Notes: generated from the sequence alone by a model not told the origin. A stretch of DNA of 63,685 bases, filler included, from Phoronis australis (GCA_002633005.1; 8 parts of 8 records of this genome joined end to end with filler, not necessarily neighbours in it); one strand, 5' to 3'; positions 1 through 12,941 are shown, counted from the first letter of the whole stretch. Program-made: numbers and translations.

Positions 1-327
1 AAACTCAGTGCAGGATTTTTATTAAATTTATATGAAGCTAACAACAGATGACGATGTCTTTCAGGCGGATCCAATGACGGCTGTGTCCCAAAGTGGCAAT
101 TTCCTTATTTTTTGTTTTCCTTTGTTTCTCTGAAGTGCCTTGACAGATTTTTATGAAATTTGATAAATAGCTTTTTATTAAAGAAGTGGCATGTACCCAT
201 TTTCAGATGTATTGGACATTTTTTTGCCCTCTGGTGGCTATTTTTATGAAACAAATAAATAACCCTATAAGCATTCCTTTTGCGGTGCATTCGTGGGCAC
301 ATTTCATTGCTCCGCATTACTCTTGTT
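1..327 (+). mobile_element. 3' part of a composite ~150-bp-unit repeat element (Helitron/Helentron-like, non-autonomous)
   Basis: Same unit sequence and same 3' end (GGGCACATTTCATTGCTCCGCATTACTCTTGTT) as the copies at 10296-12497 and 59580-60295. Confidence 0.5.
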
Positions 328-364
328 AATTTGGTAGTGGATATTTTCTCTCTTTCGTACCTTA

Positions 365-2680
365 CCGTAATCGTTCGGGTTAACGCCCATGCTCAGTTAA
401 CCGCCCATCCCCAACTTTAGGTGGATTTTCGATTTAACCGCCCACTGCTCAGTTAAGCGCCCCTTTGCGATTTTTGAAGATTTCCAGTTAAGCGCCCACC
501 TCTCGGTTAAGCGCCCATCCCCGACTTTTAAAGAATGAAGATTTAGCGCCTATTGCTAAGGAAACGCGCGATTCCCCGACTTTTAGAAAAAGATTGATCA
601 AAATGAGTGCAACGACTTTAGACTCCGAGACGGTGGTTTAGCAATCTGAATTACAATACAGGTAACGAGTTATTGTCTTGGGTCATGAACTCACTTCCAA
701 ATATATTACTTCAACCTTTTTGTCACTTTATTTCCTTCCCTTGTTTGCAAAGTTTAAGAACGCCGCCGGCATCAAAACCTCGGCTTTCAGCGACTTTGTC
801 TGCCGCGCTGAGTTTCCATCTGCAGTGCACTAGATAAAACATATATTCGAAAAAATCAGGCCAGAGAAATGTGACAATGGTTTTGCCAACCCTCCAAATT
901 CTATTAAGGTGGGAAGCTCTCGTATTTTGAACAAATCTCATAACTCACGAAAAGATGTCAAATTCTCAATATTTTGATGAATATAACTGCCGGGTTATAG
1001 AGGATGTGGGGCGACCGAAGGGACAGTACAAGTGCCTTACTGGGTTACCGATTTCGTTGCTGCCTGTCGATTTCTGAATTCAAACGTTGGCAATAATGTA
1101 TGTTTGTGTATGATCTTGAAGTAATAAAAANNNNNNNNNNNNNNNNNNNNNNNNNNNNNNNNNNNNNNNNNNNNNNNNNNNNNNNNNNNNNNNNNNNNNN
1201 NNNNNNNNNNNNNNNNNNNNNNNNNNNNNNNNNNNNNNNNNNNNNNNNNNNNNNNNNNNNNNNNNNNNNNNNNNNNNNNNNNNNNNNNNNNNNNNNNNNN
1301 NNNNNNNNNNNNNNNNNNNNNNNNNNNNNNNNNNNNNNNNNNNNNNNNNNNNNNNNNNNNNNNNNNNNNNNNNNNNNNNNNNNNNNNNNNNNNNNNNNNN
1401 NNNNNNNNNNNNNNNNNNNNNNNNNNNNNNNNNNNNNNNNNNNNNNNNNNNNNNNNNNNNNNNNNNNNNNNNNNNNNNNNNNNNNNNNNNNNNNNNNNNN
1501 NNNNNNNNNNNNNNNNNNNNNNNNNNNNNNNNNNNNNNNNNNNNNNNNNNNNTGTGTGACTGATTTGTAGTGGTGCACGTGCGCAAGTTCCCACACTTTG
1601 GAGTGCATGTTACCTTGACACCAACATGTGATTGACAGGTGACTCACACGTAGGCCCTACGTGCGTGCTGAATACCGCAACTATCTTTGGCCATAAAAAA
1701 CAAGATGCATATTGAAAGAGGCCGTTATATTACTTGACGGCATTTCCAAGTCACGATTGTCAGCCGACTGAGACATTGCGCGATAACAGCGGGACCGAAC
1801 AGTGCCGCAGTGCGATATTACAAGTGATATAAATAGGATAATCTGGACATCTTGCTGTTTCCTGACATTTTGTAACATATTTATGCAGTTGCTTGAAATT
1901 TTCTTCTTGATCGACGACTGGCTCGACCACCCCCGATCCTTGTCTTACTTCTTTGCATAACATGTTTGGAGCAACGGCAAGAGAGCAATGCCGGGCTGTC
2001 GAGATAAGACAGCTAGCCGCAGAACCATACGCTGAAAATGTCATTGAGTCATGGAGTGCCGACTATAACATCCCAAACACAAAAAAACAACAGAGTTAAG
2101 TTTTTCAAACTTTTATAACAACCAATTTTAAACTGCTCTCTGACACAGAACTTGACAGCTACATATAGTACGAGACTGTAACCATAAATTTGATGACCTC
2201 TGCAACACGTAAAGCTTGCACACGCGCACTTAAGCAGGGTCACATCTTAATTGAAACAGTTTTAATTCTAGTGGAGGCTGCGTGGTGACTGGTCGTCTGG
2301 GCACAGCAGGACGGCACGGGGCTATTACTCAGCAATTTTGTAAATTTAATAGTGAATGACTAATCTGGGCAAGAGAACCTTTGTTGGGATCATCTACTGT
2401 TATGACGTTTTCACTGTCATTTGGCGACGTGACGATTAAGCTCTTTGAAAAGGGCTACGCGTTCCCAGTATGATTGTTGTGTCGGGATTTAGATCACCAG
2501 GTAAGATTAACCGCCCAGGGCGGTTGTCTGTCGTAATAAGCGCCCATGTTCGGTTAACCGCCCATCCCCTACTTAAGCTGGATTTTCGATTTAACCGCCC
2601 ACTGCTCGGTTAACCGCCCTCCCCCGATTTTTTGGATTCGCCAATTTAACCGCCCAGGGCGTTAACCCGAACGATTACGG
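365..2680. mobile_element. Tc1/mariner-superfamily Tc2-like DNA transposon, non-autonomous or defective; spans an assembly gap
   Basis: Perfect 24-bp TIR CCGTAATCGTTCGGGTTAACGCCC (365-388 / 2657-2680); TA on both flanks; repeated TTAA(C/G)CGCCC subterminal motifs at both ends; CCGTA termini are typical of the Tc2 group. Confidence 0.85.
1131..1552. other. Scaffold gap (N run)
   Basis: 422 consecutive N. Confidence 1.
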
Positions 2681-3899
2681 TAATTTCTGTTTATAGTCAC
2701 TTGTTTGGTTACTTTGCTTTCTGTTGCCATGGTTACTGACAAGCATTTAATGTTGTTTTCATGCATTCCATTATTACCAGCATTAAGCCCTGCTAAAACT
2801 ACTAAATGAATACCTGCAACTCAATCTTCCCAGAAGGTATCTTGGTAATATGGATGGCTATAATGTAACTTGCCACCATTATAAATAGGATACTCTATAC
2901 TCTATGATCCATGGATCATCTATATCGTTCTTCAAGCCATCGGACACACTATCGCATGAGTAGCAACTGCAGGATGTTGTTGGCACTTGAACTCGCCAAA
3001 AGTTTGCACACTGCAAACAATCGCCTGACCATATCTTCGTCCATTTTACCCCGTGCAGACGCAACTTAGTCACCCACCCTTTGTTTGCTGACAAACTTCA
3101 CTCCATCGGCATCCCTGCTTCACGGTCTGGTACACGTTGTACCAGACATATGCAGGCCGCACCTGGAACCATTGTTATGCTTCATGAATATATAGTTAAA
3201 ACCGAGCTGAGGAGCTAGAAACCTGACACAAGAGTGTAGCAGTGTGGCCCAGTGGGACTCGAACATTCAACATCAAGTAAAGAAAGAGGGCACCTAACGC
3301 ACTAGGACACACTGCCTCCTCGAAAAAAGCTATATGCAGTGCCAAAAGGCAACAAGTTAATATGTAAATTAAGTAATTCATATGAACAAGCAACCTAAAA
3401 TTTGAATAGTTCTGACCACTACTCTAGCTTGTGAAATGATGCCGGTCACACATTCAACAGTCCCAATGTGTTGAGGCAAATTTCTTACGCGGGCATCGGA
3501 ACTCCCTTGAAATGTAGCTACCAGTTTTGGTGTCTCTTCAGAGTGACGCAAGCTTTTGCATCTTCAAAGTACATAAAAATGTGTGATCTTGCACTTTGTG
3601 GCATAAAACACCAAGTGTCATGAAGTCATGAAAACAATAACCCTGAACGCTCAATGGTTCAGTACACATAATAACAGTAGTAGCTTTGTGATACTACTCC
3701 AGCAAAATGTGACACATAAACATTAAGCAAATCTTATGCTAACAGGATTTGCATGCAGGTTGACAGCGTGCACTGTTTACCCCCAGAATGTCCAGTGAAG
3801 TCCTCTGCACATCAGATGCTTGATTGCGCCGTCAGGGATTGAAGTGAGCTAGTTACTTTTCATGGGCTTCGCTGAACGTGCTGTATGAGATAATTGTGA

Positions 3900-4830
3900 T
3901 CGTAAACCAACACGCCTCACATCCCTGATTCGGTTGCACAAAGAAACCACTACAGGAATGTTTGCATTAAGCTAATGGCCAAGACTGGGCAACCATGGAA
4001 CATGCCTAGTGATGTCCAGATCACAGCTTTACAAACAATTTCTTCACCGAAATTGGTGATGGATGGGCTACCACAGAGCACAAGAATGAGGTGGTTTGTT
4101 ATACGGATGGCTGTAAACTGGAAAATTGCCAGACAGGTGCTGGAGTCTATTTTCCAAGCCTTCCTGTTGCAGATGCACAAAGCTGGGTATCGCTAGGCAG
4201 TCTTGTCACAGTGTTCCAGGTGGAGGTCACTACAACTGAGCTGCTCAACTGGCACAACAATGCCAAGCTGGGCAATCGGCCAATTACAATTCTTTTCAGG
4301 TAGCCAGGCAGCAATAAATGCCCTAAAGAAACCAAGGGTCAGCTCTCCTTGAGTTAATGCTTGTATTAAAGAGCTTAACAAGATTGCAATTGAAAGAACT
4401 GTCAATATACACTGAGTCAAGGCCCATGTGGGAATTGATGGCAATGAGAATGCAGACACGCAAAGATAGGAGCAAGTGTTCTGCATTGTGTGCCTGAACC
4501 TGCTATCCCTGTATCTTACGGATGCTGCAGGATGAGTTACATACCCAGTCAGCAGTTCAGTGGGTATTATTGACTCCTGTAGAGAGACCTAGGAGAATTT
4601 TTCCAACGTGATCAAACCAAAAGGTTCAAAAAACCTTCTGAGATTAGATAGATTGGGCATAAGACACGTCATTCAAATTTTGACGGGTCACTATAACCTA
4701 GCCTGACACAGACACATTACTGGGCATATGGGGAGCCCAGTGTGTCCCGAGTGTGGTACTGACATAGAAACCCCTAAACACCTGGTAGAGTCTTGCCCAG
4801 CTTTTTATAGGCTAAGGAACAACCTACTGG
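3900..4830 (+). mobile_element. Decayed 3' end of a non-LTR retrotransposon (I/R1/Loa-type ORF2: RNase H + CCHC zinc knuckle)
   Basis: Translated pieces CYTDGCK..TGAGVY, VTVFQVEV, SQAAINAL, H*VKAHVGIDGNENAD (RNase H motifs), then ILTGHYNL..VCPECGTDIETPKHLVESCPAF; stops and frameshifts present. Confidence 0.85.
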
Positions 4831-7800
4831 ACTTGCTGGTTCCCTTAGTGCCGCTAGGTGGTAGCCAGCACGCAGGTATAACTTAGTTTTCCTCGGGAAA
4901 TTTTTTTACAGTCTAACTTTTCTGATTGGCTGGTCGAATTCTCAACAGACAGCGCTTTACGCAAACAAACTGGCATGTCTGATGGAGGAAGTGTAAATGT
5001 GGTCTGTTGTACTGACAAATCAGTGTTTAAAATTTATGTTTAGGAAATGAGAATCCCAGAAATTGTGGTTGCACCTTTTCGGAGTGCATCTTTCTACTGT
5101 CGATGACTTTTGTTTACGATACTGTCCTGTATTCATACAGTATGAATAACACACCAGTTAAATTGGCCAGATATGGTGTTTATTGTACATGTATGTGCTG
5201 CAAGCACACGGCTATTAAACATTACTGCAGAAACTAAAATAGTTGCTGCTACACTATTTGTATGACAAGGCTAAAAATCGTTCATAGTCCGCCATTTTTT
5301 CACGTTGTTGTAAAGCTAACCAATGACTGCCGAGGTTACATCAACCGAATGCTAAAGAGCGCGCTACTGCATGATACCTGCGGGCTGGCTAGGCACGTAG
5401 GGAACCAGCGAGCCTACGGGGTGGCACTGTTACATGCCTACAACACATATTGCGTGGCAACAAATGGAAACAACTGTCCGTTATCTTAAAGGAGACTGGC
5501 AGACTTCAAAACTTCCTTCACGAAGAACCATAATGGGGCACTCGTGCTTTAGCTCAGGTGTTTTGTGCAATGGGTCCAACCATGAGGCCTGGACACGTCT
5601 CATGCACCGCAAATGACATCGGGCCACCTCCACTGTTTTTTAACCTGCCTGTTAAGTATACAAGTCTCAAAATAAAAAAGACTAGTAAGGCAAATGACTA
5701 ACATGACTGTTTTTTTGAAATTGAAAAGTAAATAGTAGGCTCCGTCCTTGAATTTAAAAATCTATGCATTATAAGAGAAATTAGTGAAAAGATTTTCTTC
5801 AGCATGGCAGCCCAACACGAGCATTAAATTTTTAATCGATTAAGACAGGTTAGTCAGTCTGGTTTAGGCTCACTTAGGTGTTGGGGCATCAAAACCTCAA
5901 ATGTTAGTGTTGGAGTTGTCTCATGACCCACTGAAACTAGCACAAGCAAGACAGAGTAATAGCAGAACATTCATTATCCCTTACCAACATTGTTGACAAC
6001 ATAATCAGACCACTTTCGTTCGTTCGTTATTTGATTCGACAAATTCAGTAAATACACAAAACATTCCAAGAGTCATGGCAAGAGTGGCATAGATGAAGTA
6101 ATATCCTACTCGATATTATTCTGCGTATGGACCTCGACCTTCAGTCTCGGTCCATACGCAGAATAATGTATTGTAGTATGTTTTGTATTTGTCTCGTACG
6201 CTTCAAATTCCTAGGTTTCTTTCATTTTTTGACAGATTCTTTAAGTACTTCACTCAGACTGTTCACGTAGTGGATCACCTCTTATATGCACTATGTGGTA
6301 CGTGCTCGTTAGGTTACAAGTTTTCTTTATGAAAAGAAACAGTTTTAAATATAACTATTTAACTATCAGTTGCCAGTTGATAGTTAAACCATAACTTCCA
6401 ACTCTGCTGCTGATGTGTGACAAATTTATTGCCTCAGAATGGCAGGAGATCGCAACTGAGATATTTGTCTTCTTTTCTTGTGACCACAGGTATACAGCTT
6501 TGTGTAATTGCAAAGTTGATGAAATTTACTTGCTCAAACCCTTCAGTGAAACATCACATTTCTGTTCAGTTATTCAAAATTCAAACCTTCTCGACATGTG
6601 ATATAGCTTAAAATTACAGTGTGGGTGTTGTTAGTACAAAATAAAAAATGGTGTTTCATTTACAAATTGTGTTAGTATAAATGTAAACAAAACACACAAC
6701 AAAATTAAACAACTTAGCCTGCTGCACTTTAGTGTTGCGGTCAAGTAAAATTTGCATGCACTTTACAACGGAACAATCTTATTTACATTATTTTGAAGAT
6801 AATTTGCCAAACGTTTCCTTCCCATTATAGGCACAGACACATGAAGAGTTGTTTGAACATGTATAATTATCAAATGGGTCAAATCAAAAGCTGATAATTT
6901 TGTACTTAGCATATGTGGAAAGGCACTACTTCCACTCCTTATTTTGTGTGTGCAACAACTTTTTGAGTCATCCCCGGTCTAGAAGGACCCATCGTCACCT
7001 GAACTATGTGTCCTGTCCATGTATTTGAATGGAGCATTTTGCACATTTGCTGAATAAGGCGCTCGTTTGTTGATAATCAGATACTTGTAGCTCAGTATGA
7101 CACTCAAGCCCAACAGATTTCTCCCCTACACTGGGCTAGTTTGAAATTTAGATGTCACAACTGTCCTGTCAACATATACAGCTTCATATGTTCGTTCACG
7201 CTAGTGTATTTTTCTTTTAAATAGTGTTACATAGAAAACATTAACGCCATATTAAAGATTTATATTCTTAATTACTTAGCTACACTGAATTAGTCTATGA
7301 TTTCCATTTTGTAAGAAGCCGGATGTAATCTGAGTGACAGCCAGTCGAATCGGTCGATATTAGTCTCAGTGACTTGATTAACGGGTAGAGACCATGTTCC
7401 TGGTTGATCTCTAAACTCAATATTTGTGAACAACTTTAAATGCTATGCCAGAGATTTAAAATATTTTACCACATTGTTGCAAAAGCGGAACTGTGGCAAA
7501 CCTTGAATAAGCGGAGTTTCTAGTAGGAGACATTTAAAACTTCAAGATGACACATTCAGTATATACACTGATACATAGAGACAGGTTGGCATTTCTGGTT
7601 TTTCATCATGTTTCTGGCATGTCAGCGCCAATCAAACAAGTCTTGGCCTTGAATATATGTCACTTTCTCAATCACCAAAGACATTTATTTAGGTTAATGT
7701 ATCACGTGTATGCGACAGCTTGAAGGCAAATAAATCTAATATACCGCAGCCAGCGGGTTAAATTGCAAAATGGCTATCCTGTTCTTTACGTTCTTTACGA

Positions 7801-8041
7801 AGTAATGATGCCTGATTAGTTTCTGCTTCATACCTTAAATAAGTAACTACTTGTGACTGTGGTAGACATTGCCCATCTGTGCTGTGAAACTATCAATTGG
7901 TGACTTGAACAAAACTTATTATTACCAGACAAGGTGCGTCTTTGTTTATTTGTTTTGATTGCTTATTGACCCAATATCATCAGTGTCACTGTACAGCTTT
8001 CATAGTTGTGTTTCCTTACATGTCATGTTTCCCCTTTCCAG

Positions 8042-8308
8042 AACTCAGCCCTGCTACCATTAACGGGACAATTTCCATGAATCAAACTTCACTGACTGTT
8101 ACATGGAATTATGACTCTGGTGAGAAAGATGGATTCAATGTAACATGTCAAAGTAGCTCTGAGGATTCTCAAACAGTCAAAGTATCTGCAAGTGATACTT
8201 CAGCAACATGCAGTGGTTTAACTGCTGGAAGGCAATACAATGTATCTATCACTACATTTAAAACTGGTTGGAATTCTGTGATATCTGGTGTACGCTTTGC
8301 TAAAACCG
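8042..8308 (+). CDS. Fibronectin type III domain exon, copy 1 (internal phase 1-1 exon of a large extracellular or receptor protein)
   Basis: Pyrimidine tract + CAG acceptor, GTGAGT donor, 267 bp; SLTVTW..GFNVTC..SGLTAGRQYNVSITT FN3 signature. Confidence 0.88.
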
Positions 8309-8815
8309 GTGAGTAAAACTTGTGCCATGGAAAATTTGGGTATTAACAGGGTTCATTTTTGAAAAATATCTATGGCATAGGTGACACACAGAGTCGCAAA
8401 TGTGAGAGCTTATTTAATATTTTTTGTCCGTTTTTGATTGTATTTCTTGAGTTGGTGGCTGATTTTGTTTGCTACCACAGTGGGTTATGCACCAATAAGT
8501 GAATGGTCTAAATGACTAGTAACTACTTGTGACTATGATAGGCATGACTTACCTGCCTTTGTTTAGCTATCTATTATGACTTAAATAAAATTTAATATTC
8601 GTTTCTTCTATTCCCTCAGTCTCGTCTGCTCTGAAGTTTTTCGTTCTGCAACACTGTTGTATTCCTCGTTTAGCTGTTAGCTCATTGCTTTTAAAGCAAT
8701 CAAACAACATCCATGCTTTGTTTGTGTGTATGTTTGCTTGCTGACCCAATGTCACCAGTATTACTGTCTAGCTTTTGTTGCGTTTCCTTGCATCTCATAT
8801 GCCCCCTCTTTCCAG

Positions 8816-9082
8816 AACTCAGCCCTGCTACCATTAACGGGACAATTTCCATAAATCAAACTTCACTGACTGTTACATGGAATTATGACTCTGGTGAAAA
8901 AGATGGATTCAATGTAACATGTCAAAGTAGCTCTGAGGATTCTCAAACAGTCAAAGTATCTGCAAGTGATACTTCAGCAACATGCAGTGGTTTAACTGCT
9001 GGAAGGCAATACAATGTATCTATCACTACATTTAAAACTGGTTGGAATTCTGTGATATCTGATGTACGCTTTGCTAAAACCG
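8816..9082 (+). CDS. Fibronectin type III domain exon, copy 2
   Basis: Same splice sites, 267 bp, nearly identical to copy 1; 774-bp period. Confidence 0.88.
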
Positions 9083-9591
9083 GTGAGTAAAACTTGTGCC
9101 ATGGAAAATTTGAGTATTAACAGGGTTCATTTTTGAAAAATATCTATGGCATAGGTGACACACAGAGTCGCAAATGTGAGGGCTTATTTAATATTTTTGT
9201 CCGTTTTTGATTGTATTTCTTGAGTGGGTGGCTGGTTTTGTTTGCTACCACAGTGGGTTATGCACCAATAAGTGAATGGTCTAAATGACTAGTAACTACT
9301 TGTGACTATGATAGGCATGACTTACCTGCCTTTGTTTAGCTATCTATTATGACTTGAATAAAATTTAATATTCGTTTCTTCTATTCCCTCAGTCTCGTCT
9401 GCTCTGAAGTTTTTCGTTCTGCAACACTGTTTTATTCCTCATTTAGCTGTTAGTTCATTGTGTTTACAGCAATCAGACAAAGTGCATGCCATGTTTATGT
9501 GTATGTTTTCTTGCCGGCCCAATATCATCAGTGTTACTGTCTAGCTTTCATTGTTGTGTTTCCTTGCATGTCATGTGTCCCCTCTTTCCAG

Positions 9592-9855
9592 AACTCAGCC
9601 CCGCTATCATTAACGGGACAATTTCCAACCAAACTTCACTGACTGTTACATGGAATTATGACTCTGGTGAAAAAGATGGATTCAATGTAACATGTCAAAG
9701 TAGCTCTGAGGATTCTCAAACAGTCAATGTATCTGCAAGTGATACTTCAGCAATATGCAATGGCTTAACTGCTGGAAGGCAATACAATGTATCTATTACC
9801 ACATTTAAAACTGGTTGGAATTCTGTGATTTCTGGTGTGTGTTTTGCTAAAACCG
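9592..9855 (+). CDS. Fibronectin type III domain exon, copy 3
   Basis: CAG acceptor, GTAAGT donor, 264 bp (one in-frame codon deletion). Confidence 0.85.
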
Positions 9856-10295
9856 GTAAGTAAAGCATGTGCCATTGAAAATTTGAATATTACTGGGAAT
9901 CATTTTTGAAAAGATATCTATGACATAGGGGACACATGGAGTCTCAAATATGAGGGCAATTATTTAGCATTTTTGTCCTTTTTGATTTTATTTCTTGAGT
10001 GGGCGGCTGATTTTGTTTGTTACCACAGTGCGTTATGCGCCTATAATTGAATGGTCTAAATGACTAGTAACTGCTATTGACTATGATAAGCAAGACCTAC
10101 CTGCCTTTGTTTAACTATCTATTAGTGACTTGAATAAAATTCAGTATTCCTTTCTTCTACTCCCTCAGTCTCGTCTGCTCTGAAGTTTTTCGTTCTGCAA
10201 CACTTGTCGTCCTCGTTTAGCTGTTAATTCATTGTGTTTACAGCAATGGGACAGTGTGCATGCTATGGTTTTGCTTGCTGACCCAATATCATCAG

Positions 10296-12497
10296 TATTA
10301 TGTTTTTGAGTCTGTTTTTGGCATCTACCTTTCTTTCAACCAAACTGCGCGAGGGATGATTTTTAAAATTGGCATGTATGTTCTTACTCTGAAGAGGACG
10401 GCTGACGATGATTTTACGACGACTTCGACTACTGTGGCGCCTCCTAGTGGCAGTTTTATTTGTTTTTGCACCCATGGCTGAATCTTCTGAACTCCTCACA
10501 GGATCTTGATGAGATTTGACAATTGTGTTTCCATGAAGCTGACTACGGATGACAATGAATTTCGAACCTCTCCGACTACTGGTGTGCCCCTTAGTGGCAA
10601 TTTTAATTTTTTACCCTTACTCCAGTCTGTAGATTTGGAGGTCCCCAACAAATTGTCATAAAATTTGGCAGTTAGGCATCTCTTAGTGAGATCATGCCAT
10701 TCTCTCGTTTTTGTATGGATGTGAGGTACTTTACGCCACCTGGTGGCCATTTTTATTGTTTTCAGGTCTGTATTTTGGCCTCCACCATTCTATCAACCAA
10801 ACCGCTCTAGGTATGATTTTGAAAATTGCATGTGTGTTCTTACTGTGAAGAGGTCGATTGACGATGATTTTCTGATGACTTGAGCTACTATGGTGCCTCT
10901 TAGTGGCAGTTTTGTTTGTTTTTTGCTCCCATGGCTATATCTCCTACCGTATTCACCGTAATAACCGCCCATGCCCCTATAAGTGCCCCCCCACGCGTTT
11001 TCAGACTTTGCTGAAATAAGCACCCAGTCCATGAACGTGTACATGCGAACAATGACGTAGGCCTACCTACAGTCCTAAAACTCGGCCACAGTAACGTCTT
11101 CAATTTATCAAAAAAATTTTGCACGGGTCTTTTAGACCACCAGCGGCACTGCTACATTTGTATTTAGTCGTGACTATACACTTCAAAGTAACGCAGTGCT
11201 TCAAAAACAACGCAACAACATTGCTACTCTCGGGGCGACCGTGTCCCACTATGGTCTGACCTTTCAGTAGATACATTGACTGTCTCATGAATAAAAATAA
11301 CTCGGTGTTAAACGCACGTGGCCAGGAAGCGCGCGCTACGTATATGAACCTGTCATCAAAGACATTAGTCGGGAACAATCCATTCATGAAACGGGTAGCA
11401 TAGCATCGGTAAGAAATGAATATTGGCACTAATTTCCGACAATTTCTAATACTATAAAACTTGTTTGCGTTATTTTTGAGAAGGAATGTTCGATTAACCA
11501 TAATTGGTGTTTTTAAAACGAATATCAGATAAAATGACAACTCACAGTGAATGCTTACTCACCCTTACACCTAAAAATAACTGTCAGATAGTTGCGTATG
11601 CATCCAGCTAAGCTAGACGGCGACTAATATGGGCCTTACCGAGACAAATGTCGAACGTTTTTAGCAAATGAGACCGGCAAGTGCTGAATGAAACACGCTC
11701 TGGTTTAGGCCAACTGATTGTGCAAATTTCTTTAGACACAACGCACATCTAGCTCGTTAGATTGCGTGGCTCAACCGCCTTGGGTTATAATAAGCGCCCT
11801 CCCGAACCGAACTTTTCTAAGCGCCCTGGGCGGTTATTACGGCGAATACGGTAAATGCTTTACAGGATCTTTATTGAATTTAGCTGGTGTATTTATATGA
11901 AGTTGACAACAGATTATGGTGACTTTCGGATAGATCGGGCTACCTGCGTGCCCCCTAGTGGCAATTTTAGTTTTTTTACAATTACCTCTTCATCTTGAAA
12001 GGTCGTCAATGGATTTTCATAAAATTTGTAATACAGGCGTCTATTAGTGAAGCAATACTATCATCTGGTTTTCGGTAAAATTAAAGGCTTTTTCTGCCAC
12101 CTTGCGGCCGTTTTTACTATTTTCGGGTCTTGTTATTTGACATCTGCCCCTCTGTCAACCAAACCACTCCATGGATGATTGTGGAAGTTGGTATGTATGT
12201 TCCTAATGTGAAGCGGAAGTCTGACGATGATTTTCCGACGACTTTATCTACTTAATGGCGCCTCTTAGTGGCATTTTCATTTTTTCGTTTTCCTATGTTT
12301 TCTCAGATGTTACTTGACGGATTTTTATGAAATTTGGTAAATAGCTTTGATGACACATACATGTATTTGGATGGATTCGACATATTTTGAGGCATGTACA
12401 TGCAGTTGCCATTTTTATGTTCCAAATAAACACCACTAGAAGCAGACCTTTAGCAGTTATTCTTGGGCGCATTTCAACGCTTCGCGTTTTTCTTGTT
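10296..12497 (+). mobile_element. Composite ~150-bp-unit repeat element (Helitron/Helentron-like, non-autonomous), 5'-truncated, with a nested Tc2-like element
   Basis: Diverged ~150-bp units each with a GCC(C/T)CYWGTGGC-like motif; 3' hairpin AACGC-TTC-GCGTT followed by CTTGTT abutting a T run; related copies at 1-327 and 59580-60295. Confidence 0.55.
10947..11851. mobile_element. Tc2-like non-autonomous DNA transposon (MITE), 905 bp
   Basis: TIR CCGTATTC(A/G)CCGTAATAACCGCCC 23/24; TA flanks at 10945-46 and 11852-53; removing it restores the host repeat unit. Confidence 0.88.
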
Positions 12498-12841
12498 GAA
12501 AAAATATCCATGGCATAGGTGACACACGGAATCTCAAATATGAGGCCATTACTTAGTATTTTTTGTTCTTTTTGGTTCTATTTCTTGAGTAGGCAGCTGA
12601 TCTCGTTTGCTACCACAGTGCGTTATGCGCCAATAAGTGAATGGCCTAAATGGCTAGTAACTACTTGTGACTATGATAGGCATAACCTACCTGCCTTTGT
12701 TTAACTATCTGTTGGTGACTTGAATAAAATTTATTATTCGTTTCTTTTATTCCCTCGGTCTCATGTGCTCTGAAGTTTTTCGTTCTGCAACACTGTTTTA
12801 TTCCTCATTTAGCTGTTAGTTCATTGTGTTTACAGCAATCA

Positions 12842-12941
12842 NNNNNNNNNNNNNNNNNNNNNNNNNNNNNNNNNNNNNNNNNNNNTTAATTAATTAANNN
12901 NNNNNNNNNNNNNNNNNNNNNNNNNNNNNNNNNNNNNNNNN
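12842..12941. other. Artificial contig linker N44-TTAATTAATTAA-N44
   Basis: Identical 100-bp spacer with stops in all six frames; occurs 7 times. Confidence 0.97.

Larger units (their letters stand above)
7930..10295 (+). repeat. Tandem exon+intron duplication, ~775-bp unit; a further intron copy lies at 12498-12841
   Basis: Intronic sequence repeats together with the exon (e.g. GGCATAGGTGACACAC and CTCGTCTGCTCTGAAGTTTTTCGTTCTGCAACAC recur in each unit). Confidence 0.9.

Noticed and set aside
1037-1647. ORF-track entries of 156-200 aa
   Set aside because: Open only because they cross the N gap
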